Of a stretch of DNA of 64,000 bases, positions 41,206-51,959 are shown in pieces. The stretch is from positions 25,992 to 89,991 of the forward strand of contig JAAVYR010000004.1 in assembly GCA_022791255.1 (NCBI GenBank), given 5' to 3'. Positions within the stretch are counted from its first letter, which is position 1. Every line of letters begins with the position of its first letter. Source of the DNA: Peptococcaceae bacterium (GTDB lineage Bacteria; Bacillota; Dehalobacteriia; UBA4068; JAAVYR01). The position numbers and the translations under genes were made by a program. Under the pieces are notes generated by a model that was not told the DNA's origin, ran no database searches, and worked only from the letters and a program-made list of their open reading frames with translations.

Positions 41206-42771
41206 CTATATAATTTTGGTAGTCCAGTCTTCCACACTCCAGATGTCTGTCACCAAGTCCTGATAAAACTCCGGCTCGTGACTAACCAAGAGGACCGTGC
41301 CCTTAAAGGCAGCAATGGCGTCATGGAGAGACTCTTTGGCGTCTACATCCAAGTGATTGGTCGGTTCGTCCAAGACCAGGAGATTGACTTCCTTTTGCAT
41401 CAACTTACACAAACGAACTTTCGCATTTTCTCCACCGGAAAGCACCTTCATCAGGCTGGAGATATGGTTGGCTGTCAGTCCACAACGAGCCAACTCCCCA
41501 CGGACTTCACTATTAGAAAGGTGAGGAAACTCACTCCATACTTCTTCCAGAGCCGTCTTATCAGAGTTTTCCTCCTCCTGCTGGAAATAGCCTACCTCTA
41601 CAAACTGCCCATGGGTCACTTGCCCAGATACCGGCGGGATAATCCCCAATAAAGTTTTCAATAAAGTAGATTTTCCCAGACCATTAACGCCGCGGATAGC
41701 GATTTTCTGATTGCGTTCCACTAGTAAATTTAAAGGACGAGTCAGGGGCATATCATAGCCGATGACCAAATCTTTTACCACAAGTACCTCTCTATCTGGC
41801 GTGCGGCCTTCCCGGAACCGGAAAGAAGGCTTGATCTTCTCTCTGGATTTTTCAATAATATCCAGCTTGTCCAGGCGTTTCTGACGGCTGCGGGCTAGGT
41901 TTGCCGTGGCAGCCCGAGCCTTGTTTTTGGCGATAAAGGTTTCCAGATTTGCGATTTCCTTCTGCTGCCGCTCGTATGCCTGGTCCTGCTGCTGTTTCTT
42001 GAGGGCATGCATTTCCATGAATTGATAATAATTTCCTGTGTAACGCGTCAGCGTTGCGTCCTCTACATGGTAAATCACATTGGTTACTTCATTCAGGAAC
42101 GGCACATCGTGGGAGACCAGGATAAAGGCATTTTTATAGTTTTTCAGGAAGTTTGTCAGCCAACGGATATGGTTTTCATCCAGGAAGTTAGTAGGTTCGT
42201 CTAATATCAAAATCATCGGGTTCTGCAGCAATACCTTGGCTAAAAGAACTTTTGCCCGCTGCCCACCGGAAAGGTCTGTCACATCTCTATCCAGGCCGAT
42301 TTCCCCTAAGCCCAGGCCATTGGCATATTCTTCGATTTTCGCATCAATCATATAGAAGCCATTGTTTTCCAAGCTTTCCTGGATATCGCCCACATCTTCT
42401 AGAAGACGGTTCATCTCTTCTTCCGAGCAATCCGCCATTTTATCATAATCCGCCAGCATTTCCGCTTCCAGGTCATACATATACTGGAAGGCTTCCCGCA
42501 GCACTTCCCGGATAGTTTTCCCTTGAGAAAGGGTGCTGTACTGGTCTAAAAAGCCAGTGGTAATCCGTTTGCACCAGCTGATTTTTCCTTCGTCTGGCAT
42601 GAGTTTGCCGGTAATAATATTCAAAAAGGTAGATTTTCCTTCGCCATTAGCCCCTACCAGGCCGATATGCTCTCCCTTTAACAGGCGGAAGGAGGCGTCG
42701 TCTAAGATTTGTCTGCCGCCGAAACTATGGCTCACATGTTCTACCGTTAAAATGCTCATACTGTCCTCCAA
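41206..42771 (-). CDS. ABC-F family ATPase (tandem ABC domains, no TMD)
   Basis: Two Walker A motifs (GANGEGKST, GVNGLGKST), two LSGG signatures and an inter-domain linker. 521 aa. Confidence 0.85.
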   Translation of the reverse strand: MEDSMSILTVEHVSHSFGGRQILDDASFRLLKGEHIGLVGANGEGKSTFLNIITGKLMPDEGKISWCKRITTGFLDQYSTLSQGKTIREVLREAFQYMYDLEAEMLADYDKMADCSEEEMNRLLEDVGDIQESLENNGFYMIDAKIEEYANGLGLGEIGLDRDVTDLSGGQRAKVLLAKVLLQNPMILILDEPTNFLDENHIRWLTNFLKNYKNAFILVSHDVPFLNEVTNVIYHVEDATLTRYTGNYYQFMEMHALKKQQQDQAYERQQKEIANLETFIAKNKARAATANLARSRQKRLDKLDIIEKSREKIKPSFRFREGRTPDREVLVVKDLVIGYDMPLTRPLNLLVERNQKIAIRGVNGLGKSTLLKTLLGIIPPVSGQVTHGQFVEVGYFQQEEENSDKTALEEVWSEFPHLSNSEVRGELARCGLTANHISSLMKVLSGGENAKVRLCKLMQKEVNLLVLDEPTNHLDVDAKESLHDAIAAFKGTVLLVSHEPEFYQDLVTDIWSVEDWTTKII

Positions 42772-42941
42772 ACTTACATTCTCATCAACTTCTTAAGATA
42801 AGATTTTATCATACTTTTCCCGAGAAAGAAAGACTCTTAGAAGCAAATGCCCGCTCCTTCCATAAGACAAAAAATACTACCTCTTACACCATATCGTTTT
42901 GTAAGAGGTAGTAGGTAACGCCTGTTTAGTTGGAGGGAAAA

Positions 42942-44069
42942 TTACTTTTCTTTTTCGGCGGCAAGGGCCAGGATACGGTTAAAGATTTTATTTCTTGCGG
43001 TATCAATGCGTTCATAATCCATAGCCTGGCAATAAAAAGCTTCTAAATCGTCATGACGGCTTTTAGCACGCTTCAAGTTATCTACTGCATTTTGGATAAA
43101 GCCTTCATACTGTGTCTCCTGGTCAGAAATATTCACATGACTACCACTAGTAGCAGCATCAACCGCACCAAGTTCGCCTGGCTCTATCCTTTTTATTTCC
43201 ACTAAGGATAAGGGGATATCCCGCTCCTGCAGCGTAGCATTTTTACCAAATAACTCCTCTGTCAGCATGGCAACACCTAGGTCAGGTAAGACTACCATTT
43301 CCAGCTGATTAGGGTCTAGGGGCATATGATAGACAGTCACCCGGTGACCTCTCAAGGTAGCCTGCTCTACCAGACGAGAAAGGACTTTGGTCTTTGCAGC
43401 CAAGGACCCCCCTTGCAAAATGTAGCGTTCTCGGCAATTTTCCGTAATATTTTGCACCATATTCACCACACCGCCAGGTGTAATGGCACTGGCAAAGAGA
43501 TGCCGCGGTGCTGTCTTTTCTGGTGCAAAGATAAGCCCCAGCCATTGTTCCGCAAGACTTGCGATTTTCCCCTCATCCTCTAGAGCTGTTTTTGCTGCTT
43601 CTATTTCCTTGAGCACTGTGAAAGCTTTGGCTAGTTCCCCATAGGCCGCTGCAAAATAACCAGAGACCTCTTTATTCACAGCGATGATTTCCTTCTTGCG
43701 GGTCCAGAGATAAGCGTCGTCCCAAAATTCTCCTAGGTTAATCCACTCTCCGGCAGCTCCAGGATAAATAGGGTCTAACACATGAGGATAAGTACCGTCT
43801 ACCACTGCCACTTTGAGGGCTGGCACCATAACCCCATCCAAAGAGTCGTTATCAGAAGAACACTGCCATAGCTCTACATCATAGCCCCGTTCTATCATGG
43901 CCATAGAGATTTTTTTAATAATCGTAGATTTTCCGCTGCCTGGACCGCCTTTCAGTGTAATCACCTGTTCTAAATCTGCCAAATTTTCCCGGTAAAAAGA
44001 TTGGAACCCTTCTGCTGTATTGCTGCCAGGAAAGGCATATTTGATTTTCCCTTGCCGCATAACCGTCAC
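42942..44069 (-). CDS. hypothetical P-loop NTPase (PRK06851-like)
   Basis: Walker A GGPGSGKST near the N-terminus. 375 aa, no other recognisable domain. Confidence 0.5.
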   Translation of the reverse strand: MTVMRQGKIKYAFPGSNTAEGFQSFYRENLADLEQVITLKGGPGSGKSTIIKKISMAMIERGYDVELWQCSSDNDSLDGVMVPALKVAVVDGTYPHVLDPIYPGAAGEWINLGEFWDDAYLWTRKKEIIAVNKEVSGYFAAAYGELAKAFTVLKEIEAAKTALEDEGKIASLAEQWLGLIFAPEKTAPRHLFASAITPGGVVNMVQNITENCRERYILQGGSLAAKTKVLSRLVEQATLRGHRVTVYHMPLDPNQLEMVVLPDLGVAMLTEELFGKNATLQERDIPLSLVEIKRIEPGELGAVDAATSGSHVNISDQETQYEGFIQNAVDNLKRAKSRHDDLEAFYCQAMDYERIDTARNKIFNRILALAAEKEK

Positions 44070-44251
44070 TCCTTTTTTAAGAAAAACATCATCTTGTACA
44101 GATATTTTCCTCTTTTCTTCTTTTGTGATTTATGTTATGCAGGGGCAACTCCTTTAGGTGCTTATACCATAACACAAAATATAAAAATACTTACTACCTC
44201 TAACAATTTTATATTGTCTGGGATAGTAAGTATTGCCTTAGTAAAATGTAG

Positions 44252-45001
44252 TTAGATTATAAAGCCGCCGTTAGGGCTGATAATCTGTCCCGTGATAAAA
44301 GCCCCCTGAGAGGACACCAAAAAGCTAACCAATCCTGCTACATCCTGAGGTGTTCCAATCATACCCAGCGGCGTTTCTTCTTTTAGCACTACCATATCTG
44401 CTGCCGATAAATGGCTATTCATCGGCGTATCAATGACCCCCGGCGCTACACAGTTTACCGTAATGCCAGAAGGACCAACTTCTTTGGCTAACGCTTTGGT
44501 AAAGCTAATCAGGGCCCCTTTGGTAGTGCTGTAGGCCACCTCACAAGAGGCGCCTACCATCCCCCAGATAGAGGAAATATTAATAATCTTCCCTGCTTTT
44601 GCATGGATCATGCTAGGCAAGGCCCGCTTGCTGCACCAAATAGCACCAGACACATTGGTCTGCCATATTTCCTGCCACTGGTCTTCCGTCATATCGGTAA
44701 AAAGCTCCTGCCGGGCAATGCCGGCATTATTCACTAAGACATGTACAGGCCCCCATTGCTTTTCTACCTGGTCAAACATTGCGGCGACTTGAGAGGCAGA
44801 ACGGATATCACAGGCAAGAGAGAGCGCCTCCCCGCCGTCGGCAATGATTGCATCGCACGATGCCTCGCAAGCTTCCCGGCTCTTATAATATTGCAATACT
44901 ACCCGATAGCCGTCTGCCGCCAGCTGCCGGGCAATCGCGCTACCAATACCGCCAGACGCTCCGGTTACTAAGGCAATCTGTTTCTTTGCTTGAGGTTCCA
45001 T
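44252..45001 (-). CDS. SDR family oxidoreductase (FabG-like)
   Basis: TGASGGIGSAIA Rossmann motif. 249 aa. Confidence 0.85.
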   Translation of the reverse strand: MEPQAKKQIALVTGASGGIGSAIARQLAADGYRVVLQYYKSREACEASCDAIIADGGEALSLACDIRSASQVAAMFDQVEKQWGPVHVLVNNAGIARQELFTDMTEDQWQEIWQTNVSGAIWCSKRALPSMIHAKAGKIINISSIWGMVGASCEVAYSTTKGALISFTKALAKEVGPSGITVNCVAPGVIDTPMNSHLSAADMVVLKEETPLGMIGTPQDVAGLVSFLVSSQGAFITGQIISPNGGFII

Positions 45002-45014
45002 TTTGCTTCTCCTT

Positions 45015-45650
45015 TTATAATTCCTTTTTCATAAAGACAGCAACAGACACAAGATAGGACCCGATAAATCCTGCTAATACAAGACAAGGTAAGATTTTCA
45101 GCCACACAAGAACAGTAGCCTCATCTGGCATAGGGATACCCTGCGCTTCCATAAATTTTACAGCACCTAACATGAGTATAACAGGAAGCAAGCAAACTGC
45201 CAACATCAGGATACGGCCCTTTTCTACACCAAAGCGATACATCAGCGGTAAAAGCACCGCTAACATGAAGAGAGCCGCTACCGCCCCGCCCAGGCAGCTG
45301 GGTAAAACTTCCTCTGCAAAAGAAATATCTTGCGTCAAGCTCAAGAAATATCCACCCAATATTCCCAACGCCAATCCAATGACCAACATAATCAGAGCAA
45401 AGAGATATTTACCACCAACAATTTGTCGGCGAGAAACAGGCAGAGAAAGACAATATTTATTCCATTTACCGTATTCATCATAAGAAAAAGAGGAGAGGAC
45501 CAGCATGGCGCAGAGAAAAGACATCATCGCGCTGACGAAGCTGGCCGGCTGCCCTAAAAAAGCCAGCACCATATAAAATCCTATTAACGCCAGCATGGTC
45601 TTACCATACCGCGCCATAGTATAGAAATCTTTTAAGATTAGTCCTTTCAT
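45015..45650 (-). CDS. ABC-2 family transporter permease
   Basis: 6-TM protein directly downstream of an ABC ATPase and a GntR regulator (YtrA-like operon). Confidence 0.6.
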   Translation of the reverse strand: MKGLILKDFYTMARYGKTMLALIGFYMVLAFLGQPASFVSAMMSFLCAMLVLSSFSYDEYGKWNKYCLSLPVSRRQIVGGKYLFALIMLVIGLALGILGGYFLSLTQDISFAEEVLPSCLGGAVAALFMLAVLLPLMYRFGVEKGRILMLAVCLLPVILMLGAVKFMEAQGIPMPDEATVLVWLKILPCLVLAGFIGSYLVSVAVFMKKEL

Positions 45651-46567
45651 TATGCTTCCTCCTTTTCCCTATGGTTTTGCTCTTTTTTCTGCAAAAAGAC
45701 CATAAGCTGTTCTATGCTGATATTTTCCATTACTGCCTGAGGATACTTTGCTGCCATAGTTTTCCGCTCTCGCACCAGCACTTCCACACCAAATTGATTT
45801 TCCCGGTAGGAGACTACATCACTATCCGCCATCTGAGCAAAATCCTCTTTACTGCATTTAAGGAGAGCATAGCCGAATAAGATGTCTTCCCGCTCGCCAT
45901 AGAGCATCTGCTCACCCTCATGAAGATAGAGCAAATAATCTGCTACTTTTTCCATATCGCTAGTAATGTGAGAAGAGAATAAAATGCTATTTTCTTCCGA
46001 CTGGACAAACTCTAAAAACAAATCTAAAATCTCATTACGGCAAACAGGGTCGATGCCGCCTGTGGGCTCATCCAACAGCAATAATTTAGGATGATGGGCC
46101 AAAGCCGAGACAAGGGATAATTTCATTTTCATCCCTTTGGAAAATTCTTTCACCGGCTGGTCTGTTGGCAAGGAAAACCGCTTCAAGTAATCATAAAATA
46201 ACGGTTCGTCCCAATTCCCAAAAACATTACTTAACACTTTTCCTATCTGACGAGGGGTCATGCCTTCATAGAAAAATCCCTCATCCAAGACAACACCAAT
46301 CTGGCTTTTTATTTCTTTTTCATGGTGCTCCAAGTCCTTTCCCCAGAAGCGAATGGTGCCGCTATCCCGAGAGATGGCATTTAACAACAGCTTAATTAGG
46401 GTCGTTTTCCCAGCACCATTTTCCCCTATCAATCCTAAAATGGTCCCCGCCGGTAATGTAAAGGACACATCCCGCAGTGCAAAGCCTCTGCTTTTTTTAG
46501 GTGCTTCATATTGTTTATTTAAATGAGCGACAGAAATAGCCGCTACTTCACTAGATACGGATGTCAT
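45650..46567 (-). CDS. ABC transporter ATP-binding protein
   Basis: Walker A GENGAGKTT and signature LLLDEPTGGIDP. Confidence 0.85.
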   Translation of the reverse strand: MTSVSSEVAAISVAHLNKQYEAPKKSRGFALRDVSFTLPAGTILGLIGENGAGKTTLIKLLLNAISRDSGTIRFWGKDLEHHEKEIKSQIGVVLDEGFFYEGMTPRQIGKVLSNVFGNWDEPLFYDYLKRFSLPTDQPVKEFSKGMKMKLSLVSALAHHPKLLLLDEPTGGIDPVCRNEILDLFLEFVQSEENSILFSSHITSDMEKVADYLLYLHEGEQMLYGEREDILFGYALLKCSKEDFAQMADSDVVSYRENQFGVEVLVRERKTMAAKYPQAVMENISIEQLMVFLQKKEQNHREKEEA

Positions 46568-46613
46568 AAAGTCTACCGCAAACATAAAAGTCCCTCCTTA
46601 AACAAAAAGACGG

Positions 46614-46994
46614 TTAAACCCCTTCATAAAGCAGCTGCAACATCTCTAATATCTGTTCAAAAGAAATATTCCCTTCTTTGGCCAAATCCACACTTTGCCC
46701 CAAAAGGTCCTCAATGCGGCGCAAATATTCCTCTCTCACCAGCTCCATATCTTTCCCCGCCACAAAGCTGCCTTTGCCAGTGACGGTGGTGATAAACCCT
46801 TCCCGCTCTAATTCTTCATAGGCACGTTTCGTAGTAATCACACTGATACGCAGCTCTTTTGCCAGTAGGCGCATAGAAGGCAGGGGCGTCCCCTCTGCCA
46901 GCTCCCCTCTTAAGATAAGCTGTTTGATTTGTTGTACAATCTGCTCATAAATAGGCGTATCACCAGTATTGCGAATAAGGATATCCATAAACAT
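46614..46994 (-). CDS. GntR family transcriptional regulator (YtrA subfamily)
   Basis: GntR wHTH (LPSMRLLAKELRISVITTKRAYEELEREGF). 126 aa, the short YtrA type. Confidence 0.85.
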   Translation of the reverse strand: MFMDILIRNTGDTPIYEQIVQQIKQLILRGELAEGTPLPSMRLLAKELRISVITTKRAYEELEREGFITTVTGKGSFVAGKDMELVREEYLRRIEDLLGQSVDLAKEGNISFEQILEMLQLLYEGV

Positions 46995-47010
46995 ACTCCA
47001 TTTATTTTAA

Positions 47011-47037
47011 TATTGTATATATACTATATATACAATA
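47011..47037. promoter_or_regulatory. perfect 13-bp inverted repeat, candidate GntR operator
   Basis: tattgtatatata-c-tatatatacaata, 17 bp upstream of the gntR start. Confidence 0.55.
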
Positions 47038-47195
47038 TAACTCTGTCATCATTTCTTGTCAAGAGAAAATAAAAATAGGCAACTATTGCCACATTTCGAC
47101 ATATGATAAGATGTAACTACTAATCTTCCTTACATTTTATTTCTTCATTATTTTATTATTTTCAATTTTTTATTTTTTCATTATGCTTCCTCCAA

Positions 47196-47245
47196 AAAAA
47201 GAACCCTTATCTATCAATAACAAAGATAAGGGTTCTTTTTTCTTT
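47196..47245. terminator. bidirectional terminator downstream of the S41 peptidase gene
   Basis: agaacccttatc…gataagggttct hairpin flanked by A7 and T6. Confidence 0.7.
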
Positions 47246-48488
47246 ATGCCGCCTCTTCTTGCTCGGCAGCAACAATTTTCGCTTGTAATACTTCTACAGC
47301 CTTTGCCAACTGAGGGTCTTTTTCTACCAGACCAGAAAGGGAGTCAGAAAGAGGTAAATTTTCTGGCCAAGGCACTTCATAGTCAGCAGCTAAGCCCTTC
47401 TTATGGACTTCCCGTCCCTGGGCAGTGAAGTACTGCGCATAGGTATAACGGACGCCGGCGCCGCTAGGAAGACCGATGACATATTGGGCAATGCCTTTGC
47501 CATAGCTATTGGTGCCCACCGTATCCGCCCGATGATAGTCCTGCATAGTGCCGATAAATACCTCTGAAGCACTAGCACTGCCATCGTTTTGCAGGATGAC
47601 AATAGGGATATCAATCCCTTCCATATCCCCTACATAGCGCTTTTTCCCAGTATTATCATTCATCAAAAGCAGCGTATCTTCTTTGGGCAGGAAATAGTCT
47701 AAAAGCCAAAGAGCACCATCCAACACACCGCCTGGATTATAACGTAAATCAATAATGATACCGTCTAAGTCCCCATCTTCCTTCTCTGCCAATAAATCTT
47801 CATAAACAGTTTGAAATTCTTCAGAGATATTCATATTAAAGCTGCTAATGCTGATATAGCCTAGATTAGCATTTTCCTTCTCCAGCCGTTTGCCAGTAAC
47901 AGCTTGGGCAGAGACTTCTTCCCTTGTCAGTGTTTTTATGGGCAAAACCTTACCATCCCGCTGGATTTCAATGCGGACCTTGGTGCCTATCTCACCCTTC
48001 ATCTTACCGGTCACATAGTCTAGGTCCTTACCACGGACATCTTCCCCATCAACGCCCACTACAATATCGCCATATTGTAAACCGGCCCGCTCCGCCGGAG
48101 AATGACGAAAAGGCATCATCAACATGACAGCTTTATCCTCTGGCCGCGTCGTCACATAAATACCGATGCCGCCATAAGTACCAGAAAGCTTACTAATCAC
48201 ATCATCATATTCCTCTGCTGTGAAATAAGCAAAATAATCATCATGGTTCCGCTCCACAAAAGCATTCATCGCTGTCGTTACAGCTTCAGCTCGCTGGGAC
48301 CCATCTATGGCACCATTGTCCCCCAGGAAGCTACTATTTACGGTCGACTGCCAATAAAAAAAGCCAAAACTACCCACTAGTATCAAACACACTGCAGCAA
48401 CCATTTGCCACCAGCGGATAGGGCGTTGTTCCATTTCCATAAACATTCTCCTTCTATAATTAAAATCAAAAATATGATTAACTACCAC
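47244..48488 (-). CDS. S41 family carboxyl-terminal processing peptidase (CtpA/CtpB-like)
   Basis: PDZ domain plus S41 catalytic region (GGVLDGAL…SASASE). N-terminal TM anchor. Confidence 0.85.
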   Translation of the reverse strand: MVVNHIFDFNYRRRMFMEMEQRPIRWWQMVAAVCLILVGSFGFFYWQSTVNSSFLGDNGAIDGSQRAEAVTTAMNAFVERNHDDYFAYFTAEEYDDVISKLSGTYGGIGIYVTTRPEDKAVMLMMPFRHSPAERAGLQYGDIVVGVDGEDVRGKDLDYVTGKMKGEIGTKVRIEIQRDGKVLPIKTLTREEVSAQAVTGKRLEKENANLGYISISSFNMNISEEFQTVYEDLLAEKEDGDLDGIIIDLRYNPGGVLDGALWLLDYFLPKEDTLLLMNDNTGKKRYVGDMEGIDIPIVILQNDGSASASEVFIGTMQDYHRADTVGTNSYGKGIAQYVIGLPSGAGVRYTYAQYFTAQGREVHKKGLAADYEVPWPENLPLSDSLSGLVEKDPQLAKAVEVLQAKIVAAEQEEAA

Positions 48489-48632
48489 TTAGCACTCCCT
48501 CAAACAACAGAGGCAGCATCTTACTTTTTTGCATTTTGTGGCTATATCTATATTTATATCCTGTAATTTTATTAAGTATACCACAAGTCATCTAGAAAAA
48601 ACAGAAGGGGTATTTCCCCTTCTGTTAGATTT

Positions 48633-49913
48633 TTATTTGAGGTACGGCCATGGGCTGGTATGTTTCCCATTAATTCTGGTTTCAAAGTGGAGGTGATTGC
48701 CAGTGCTATAGCCGGTAGTACCAACCTTCCCTACTTCGTCCCCAGCCTTTACTTGTTGCCCCGTGGTCTTCATGGTGATGGCACTCATATGACCATAGAG
48801 GCTAGAGAGCCCATTACCATGGTCAATGATAACCATATTGCCATAAGCATTGTTCCAGCCAGAGAAGATGACTTTGCCATCAGCTGCCGCAATAATCTGG
48901 GTACCTTTGGGCGCCGGCAAGTCGATGCCGGTATGCCACTTATAGACTTTCAGCACAGGATGCAACCGTTGGGCATATTCAGAAGAAACTCGGGTATGTC
49001 CCGGCAGCGGCCAAGTAAAGATACCGTTATATTTCCCGCTGCCTTTTGGCTGCAGCGCTTGGATTTTTTTAGCGATGTCAGCGTCTGCCGCTTCCATTTC
49101 ATTATAAAGCTGTTGGGCTTGTTCCCGGTTGTTTTCTGCCGCTTCTAAGAATTTTGCCTTTTGGTCTTTCATATTTTCCAGGTTTTCCATGGAGGTTTCT
49201 TTTTCTTTTTTTAATGCTTCTAGTGTCGCTTTTTTCTCTTCTAGAGCAGCTTTTTTCTCTTCGATAACTTGTAAATCTGCCTCGATTTGCTGGAGCATTT
49301 TCTTATCTACTTCCATGACGCGACCCCATAATTCATAGCGAATGAGGAAGTCGCTAAAGCTGGTGGAGTCAAAAACCACATCCATCATAGAAACTTCACC
49401 ATTCATATAGATTTCCCGCATACGGTTTTGGAAAAGAGCCATCCGTTCATCTAACTCCCCTTGGGTCTTTTCCAATTCTTTGGTCGTCACAGAGATTTGG
49501 TCTACCGCTTGGGAAAGTTTCTTTTCGACGCTATTCATTTCCTTTTCCATGGTAACCAGTTCAGCGTCTAGTTCTGCTACACGAGTACGCAGTTCTTTTT
49601 CTTTGGTTTTAGCCGCCTGGAGTTCTTTTTTTTGAGCAGCCAATTCTTTTTGCAGTTGGGCTTGTTCCGCTTTATATTGGGCCAGCAAGTCCTCATTATC
49701 CCCATACACCGGGAAGATAAACATAGACGCCGCCATCATCACCGCACAAAGGGTAAGACCGACTTTAGACCGGTTTCGCATTTTGCTAAAGGCCAGCTCC
49801 GACCAGGAAAATGGCACCTTTTCCCCAGCATGACGGTCCCGCCAAAAATCCATCATATTTTCATTCACTGCATTTTTTTCATCTTTTTCATCTATCTGCA
49901 TGGATTTACACAC
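48633..49913 (-). CDS. M23 family peptidoglycan DD-metalloendopeptidase with coiled-coil region (EnvC/PcsB-like)
   Basis: Long coiled coil followed by an M23 domain (HTGIDLPAPKGT…GNHLHFE). Encoded directly downstream of ftsEX. Confidence 0.8.
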   Translation of the reverse strand: MCKSMQIDEKDEKNAVNENMMDFWRDRHAGEKVPFSWSELAFSKMRNRSKVGLTLCAVMMAASMFIFPVYGDNEDLLAQYKAEQAQLQKELAAQKKELQAAKTKEKELRTRVAELDAELVTMEKEMNSVEKKLSQAVDQISVTTKELEKTQGELDERMALFQNRMREIYMNGEVSMMDVVFDSTSFSDFLIRYELWGRVMEVDKKMLQQIEADLQVIEEKKAALEEKKATLEALKKEKETSMENLENMKDQKAKFLEAAENNREQAQQLYNEMEAADADIAKKIQALQPKGSGKYNGIFTWPLPGHTRVSSEYAQRLHPVLKVYKWHTGIDLPAPKGTQIIAAADGKVIFSGWNNAYGNMVIIDHGNGLSSLYGHMSAITMKTTGQQVKAGDEVGKVGTTGYSTGNHLHFETRINGKHTSPWPYLK

Positions 49914-49922
49914 CTCCTGTCC

Positions 49923-50813
49923 TCACACTTTTAAGAACCGTATCAGGGAAAAGACGCTGCCCACAATGCCTAAAAGCGCGCCTCCTGCAATCAAATACAA
50001 AGATAACATGGGCAAGACTCCCGACATGGCCGCCATAGGGAAAAAGCCAATAGCAGAATTAATATAGTCAGCCACCTTCCCATAAGAGAAAAACAACACC
50101 GCCACCGCAATGATCGCGCCAAACATCCCTAAAAGAGCACCTTCAATAATAAACGGCCAGCGAATAAACCAGTCTGTCGCCCCTACATATTTCATCAGCT
50201 GCACTTCCTTGCGGCGAGCATACACCGTAAGACGAATGGTCATCCCCACCAGAACGACTGCCCCTACAGCAAGGAGCACCATGACCCATAGGCCAATACT
50301 GCGCACCACATCGGTAAAAGCAAAGAGCTTGTCCACCGTTTCTTTCCCATAGTTCACCTTGAGCACCCCAGGTAATGTGGCAATTTTAGAGGCTAAGCCA
50401 TCGATTTGCTCTGGCGTCTCTGCCTTCACACTATAGCAATCCGGGAAAGGGTTCACCCCGCCAAGCGCCGTAAACAAAGTCTCACCATAGCGTTCCACCA
50501 TAAAATCCATGGCGTCGTCTTTGGTAATAGCCGTTACTTCAGCGACGCCCGGTAACCCCTCTAAAGTAGTCTTCATCCCCGCTAAGGCTTCCTCTGTCAC
50601 AGTATCTTCTAAGAATACGGCGATTTCTACATCAGACTCCAAGTTTCCCGCCGCATAGTTTACATTAAATAAAAGAATGCCAAATACCCCACACAAAAGC
50701 AGTGTAATGGCCATGGTCGTAATGGCAGCAAAAGACATCCAGCCATTCCGCTGCAAAGAGTGGAAGGCGTCCGGCACAATATAACGCATACTTTCTAGCT
50801 TCATAAGGACCAC
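49923..50813 (-). CDS. ftsX: cell division ABC transporter permease FtsX
   Basis: 4-TM FtsX topology with a large extracellular loop. Overlaps the ftsE stop. Confidence 0.85.
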   Translation of the reverse strand: MVLMKLESMRYIVPDAFHSLQRNGWMSFAAITTMAITLLLCGVFGILLFNVNYAAGNLESDVEIAVFLEDTVTEEALAGMKTTLEGLPGVAEVTAITKDDAMDFMVERYGETLFTALGGVNPFPDCYSVKAETPEQIDGLASKIATLPGVLKVNYGKETVDKLFAFTDVVRSIGLWVMVLLAVGAVVLVGMTIRLTVYARRKEVQLMKYVGATDWFIRWPFIIEGALLGMFGAIIAVAVLFFSYGKVADYINSAIGFFPMAAMSGVLPMLSLYLIAGGALLGIVGSVFSLIRFLKV

Positions 50814-51484
50814 CCTCCGATACGGTCTGAGATAAGTCTGCCCTTTTCTAACACTAATACCCGCTTTTGCATAGTATCTACCAAGTTACGGTCGTGAGTC
50901 GCCATGATAATGGTGGTGCCACTATCGTTAATTTCCCGCAACAACTCCATCAGTTCTTCGGAAGTATCTGGGTCTAAGTTCCCTGTTGGTTCGTCAGCAA
51001 AGAGAATGATCGGGTCGTTGATAATCGCTCTCGCTACAGCCACCCGTTGCTTCTCCCCACCAGAAAGCTGATGGGGAAAATGCTTCAGTCTGTTTTTTAG
51101 CCCCACCCGTTCTAAGATTTCTGGAACCTTTTTATCAATTTCCTTTTTCGGCCGTTCAATGACGCGCATAGCAAAAGCCACATTTTCCTCCACGGTCTTA
51201 TCCTCTAAAAGACGAGAGTCCTGAAAGACCATGCCCACATTACGACGGAAAATCACTGTTTCCTTAGAGGATAGGCGAGAAAGACTTCTTCCTGCTACGA
51301 TTACCTGCCCAGAAGTAGCCAACTCCTCCCGAAACAAAAGACGGATCATAGTGGATTTCCCTGCACCACTAGCACCAGTCAAAAAGACAAACTCGCCTTT
51401 ATCGATGGCAAGATTAATATTCTTTAGCGCCACTACATTTTGCTTTTTATAGATACGGTCCACATTGACCATTTGGATAATCAA
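50801..51484 (-). CDS. ftsE: cell division ATP-binding protein FtsE
   Basis: Walker A GASGAGKST and LSGGEKQR. 227 aa. Confidence 0.9.
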   Translation of the reverse strand: MIIQMVNVDRIYKKQNVVALKNINLAIDKGEFVFLTGASGAGKSTMIRLLFREELATSGQVIVAGRSLSRLSSKETVIFRRNVGMVFQDSRLLEDKTVEENVAFAMRVIERPKKEIDKKVPEILERVGLKNRLKHFPHQLSGGEKQRVAVARAIINDPIILFADEPTGNLDPDTSEELMELLREINDSGTTIIMATHDRNLVDTMQKRVLVLEKGRLISDRIGGWSL

Positions 51485-51959
51485 CAGGCCATTCCCCCCT
51501 TATCCCACTATTTAAATCCTGCTTTCCTGCTCAGTGGCATATTCTATTAACTTTTATCCTTTCGACACATTTTTTTCTTTTCCTTTTTCCTTCACCTAAT
51601 TTTCACATTCTTTTCCCTTACTCTCTTACATAGACAGAAAAGAGCGAGTTATAGTTCCCAATCATTACCTTTTTAGAGCCCCTTTTTCCCAGCCTTCCTA
51701 TAGTACAACACCAAAGAGAAAATTTCTCACTCTGCTTTATCTTACACTTTCCCCCGAAACTAATCAGCAACCATATTTCTATTTAACCAGCTTCCCACAT
51801 AAAGAGATACATATTACCCTCAAAATGTATTTCCAGCACAAAATCGAGCGCTATCCCCTCGTCATATTTTTTTCTTTTGGCGAAATTTCTATTTTCCCTG
51901 GTCAAAAAAGTTTCCTTTTTCGTGATTTTTTGGTAAAACTATCCCCAGAAACATCTTGT

